DNA of 18,533 nt from the UHGV virus genome UHGV-2195102; one strand, 5' to 3'. Position numbers and translations under genes: made by a program. Below the pieces are notes generated by a model that ran no database searches, was not told the DNA's origin, and worked only from the letters and a program-made list of their open reading frames with translations. Shown here in pieces: positions 15,688-18,533 of the stretch (position 1 is its first letter; every line of letters starts with the position of its first letter). Source of the DNA: a virus.

Positions 15688-16367
15688 CAGACCAGAATAA
15701 ACACATTGAGAAACTGAAAAAGTTGCTGGCGCTGGCCGCATCCGGCAACCCGCACGAGGCCGCTCTGGCACTGCGCCGAGCCCGTAAACTGATGGATGTT
15801 CACGGCATCACACATTCCGACATTGCTATGAGTGATATTGATGAAACCATCAGTCATTACTGGCCGACAGGCAGTCTCCGTCCACCGCGCTACATGCTGG
15901 GCCTGATGAACATCATCCGCGAGGCATTTGGTGTTAACTCCATCATTCACCCCGGCACGCATCCGTCTGTGGGGTTCTACGGTAACCGGGAACGAGCGGC
16001 ACTGGCTGCGTACACCTGGGAAGTGCTGGTCCGCCAACTGAAAAAGGCGCGTCAGCAGTATATCAGCGCACAGAACAAAAGAATAAAAAACGCCACCCGT
16101 ACCAGCCGTGGAAACCAGTTTGCTGAAGGCTGGGTACTGGCCGTTATCAGTGAAATACAGTCCTTTGCCCTGACCGATGATGAGCGTGAACTGATGCAAC
16201 AGTGGCTGGAACATAAATACCCGCAAACGCAAACCACCAGGGCGCGTAAACCGGGAAGAAGCCGCAATGGCGACGCCTCGCGCTATGCGGGGTTTCGTGA
16301 AGGGCAGAACGTCAGACTGCACCGCCCGGTCAGTGGGCAGGAACAACAGAAACTGGAGGCCAGATGA
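15684..16367 (+). CDS. conserved early protein, DUF2786-like N-terminus (227 aa)
   Basis: Preferred start ATG 15684 (ATGA overlap with previous stop). N-terminus MTDQNKHIEKLKKLLALAASGNPHEAALALRRARKLMDVHGI matches the DUF2786 pattern common in Mu-like early regions. Confidence 0.55.
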   Translation: MTDQNKHIEKLKKLLALAASGNPHEAALALRRARKLMDVHGITHSDIAMSDIDETISHYWPTGSLRPPRYMLGLMNIIREAFGVNSIIHPGTHPSVGFYGNRERAALAAYTWEVLVRQLKKARQQYISAQNKRIKNATRTSRGNQFAEGWVLAVISEIQSFALTDDERELMQQWLEHKYPQTQTTRARKPGRSRNGDASRYAGFREGQNVRLHRPVSGQEQQKLEAR

Positions 16368-16594
16368 TTACGCTATCAGGTAACAGCCGGAAATTAAAAG
16401 CCTGCCGAATATCTGCCAGATACCTTTTTGCCCGCGCCTTTTTTAAGAACGTCAGGCCGGGGATCACAATTGGTGTTATTGCCGGACGCGAACAGGTTGA
16501 AAAATACATGTCAGGTGCATGGTGGAATAACGACCCTGTCATTGCTGCCCGTAATATTCATATCAGTTGGGGGGATATTCAGAATGACGGCTGA
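16364..16594 (+). CDS. hypothetical early protein (76 aa)
   Basis: ATGA overlap with upstream stop; co-directional packing. Confidence 0.4.
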   Translation: MITLSGNSRKLKACRISARYLFARAFFKNVRPGITIGVIAGREQVEKYMSGAWWNNDPVIAARNIHISWGDIQNDG

Positions 16595-16799
16595 ATCTGT
16601 TGTATGTGCCCTGTTCTGGTATTGTTTTGTCGGTTGGTGTACTGCTGAACTGCACCGCCGTTCAGGGTTTTATTCACGTTACAGTGGTGCCGGCTACTGG
16701 ATTAGCTGGTCGGTGATGTTCCTGTGCTGGCCTGTGGCGCTTCCTTTATATGTCGATTATATCGGTGGCGCAGGTAAAAGGAGCAACGATGATGACTAA
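16584..16799 (+). CDS. small membrane protein (71 aa)
   Basis: Internal ATG 16584 of the track ORF 16428..16799, overlapping the previous stop; two hydrophobic segments (VVCALFWYCFVGWC and WISWSVMFLCWPVALPLYV). Confidence 0.4.
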   Translation: MTAESVVCALFWYCFVGWCTAELHRRSGFYSRYSGAGYWISWSVMFLCWPVALPLYVDYIGGAGKRSNDDD

Positions 16800-17241
16800 A
16801 CAACGTCTTATCCAGCTCATTCATATTGCCCGTAATGAACTGGGTATGGATGAAGACACCTACCGCCAGATGTTACAGGGGCTGACCGGTAAAGCCTCAA
16901 CCAAAGGAATGGATACCACACAACTAAACTGCGTGCTGGAATCCATGAAAAGGAAAGGCTTTCGCGTTAAGCCTGCCGGAAAAGCCAGCTCCGGTTTACC
17001 GCTGGATAACCATCCGCAGTCCAGGAAAATCCGTGCGCTATGGCTTGAAATGGCTGCTGCCGGCATTGTTCGTGACCGTTCAGAAAATGCATTAGCGCGG
17101 TGGATCAAGCGGGAAACGGGCATCAGCGCCCTGCGCTGGCTCAATACTGAACAGGCAAGCAGTGTTATTGAGAAACTGAAGAAGTGGCAGCACAGAGCTG
17201 CGGGAGTAAAACATGAGCGACCTGAATCAGTTTCGAAGTAA
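16789..17241 (+). CDS. GemA-like protein (Mu gp16 family)
   Basis: Preferred start ATG 16789 after AAAGGAG 16776-16782. Sequence MMTKQRLIQLIHIARNELGMDEDTYRQMLQGLTGKAS...QASSVIEKLKK matches the pattern of Mu GemA-type proteins, located just before mor. Confidence 0.65.
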   Translation: MMTKQRLIQLIHIARNELGMDEDTYRQMLQGLTGKASTKGMDTTQLNCVLESMKRKGFRVKPAGKASSGLPLDNHPQSRKIRALWLEMAAAGIVRDRSENALARWIKRETGISALRWLNTEQASSVIEKLKKWQHRAAGVKHERPESVSK

Positions 17242-17602
17242 AGGGCCGGAACTCCTGGTGGAACTGGCACAGCATACCTCTGAGACCGTTCGCGAGATTA
17301 TTGATATTGAGCCCGCAATTGCCGACCAGATTGGTCAGGCCGTCGCGAACCGCATGATGCAGGTCTGGGGCGGGCAAAACGTTTATTTCCCGATGGGCAT
17401 GGTATGGAAGGTCAGTCAGCGCGACCGGGAAATCTTCAGGGAGTTTAACGGACGTAACCACCATGAACTGGCCCGCAAATTTGGTGTTTCGCTTCAGTGG
17501 GTCTACAGCGTGGTTAAGCGGGTAAGAAAAGAAGAACTGGATCGGATGCAGGGCAAGCTATTTGCTGATGAACCCGATGTAGATACGGAGAAAAAAGAGT
17601 AA
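17213..17602 (+). CDS. mor: Mor/C-family transcriptional activator (middle operon regulator)
   Basis: 129-aa protein with C-terminal HTH region FNGRNHHELARKFGVSLQWVYSVVKR resembling the conserved Mor/C motif; GGGAG RBS upstream; last gene of the early operon. Confidence 0.75.
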   Translation: MSDLNQFRSKGPELLVELAQHTSETVREIIDIEPAIADQIGQAVANRMMQVWGGQNVYFPMGMVWKVSQRDREIFREFNGRNHHELARKFGVSLQWVYSVVKRVRKEELDRMQGKLFADEPDVDTEKKE

Positions 17603-17631
17603 TATCTGCAATCAGGCTGGAGCGAGTTCTG

Positions 17632-18533
<902 letters not shown>

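Noticed and set aside
15345-16346. 333-aa minus-strand ORF
   Set aside because: Antisense to the tightly coupled plus-strand early genes (DUF2786-like and neighbours); Cys/Arg-rich composition. Judged spurious.

Overview
The window is almost entirely one Mu-like transposable prophage, partial here (it runs past the left edge), inserted into a host ornithine decarboxylase gene (speF-like). All homology calls come from reading the translations by eye; no database search was run. Minus strand, 6524 down to 1: late operon (holin-like protein, membrane-anchored lytic-transglycosylase endolysin, i-spanin with embedded o-spanin, gp25/gp26/gp27-like proteins, large terminase, portal, start of an F-like head morphogenesis gene). 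Centre, 8824-9336: divergent control region with an XRE-type repressor (minus) facing a small Ner/Cro-like HTH gene (plus), with a near-consensus promoter whose spacer holds a palindrome. Plus strand, 9336-17602: early operon (winged-helix protein, 304-aa protein, DDE transposase, AAA+ B-like ATPase, Gam, a run of small ORFs, GemA-like protein, Mor). The prophage end lies near 17763 with phased direct repeats, followed by the last ~770 bp of the decarboxylase gene. The strongest candidate for an undescribed system is an AT-rich two-gene membrane-protein cassette (7169-8827) translationally coupled to the repressor, with a convergent P-loop gene (6655-7131) beside it; a role in superinfection exclusion or abortive infection is inference from position and architecture only.
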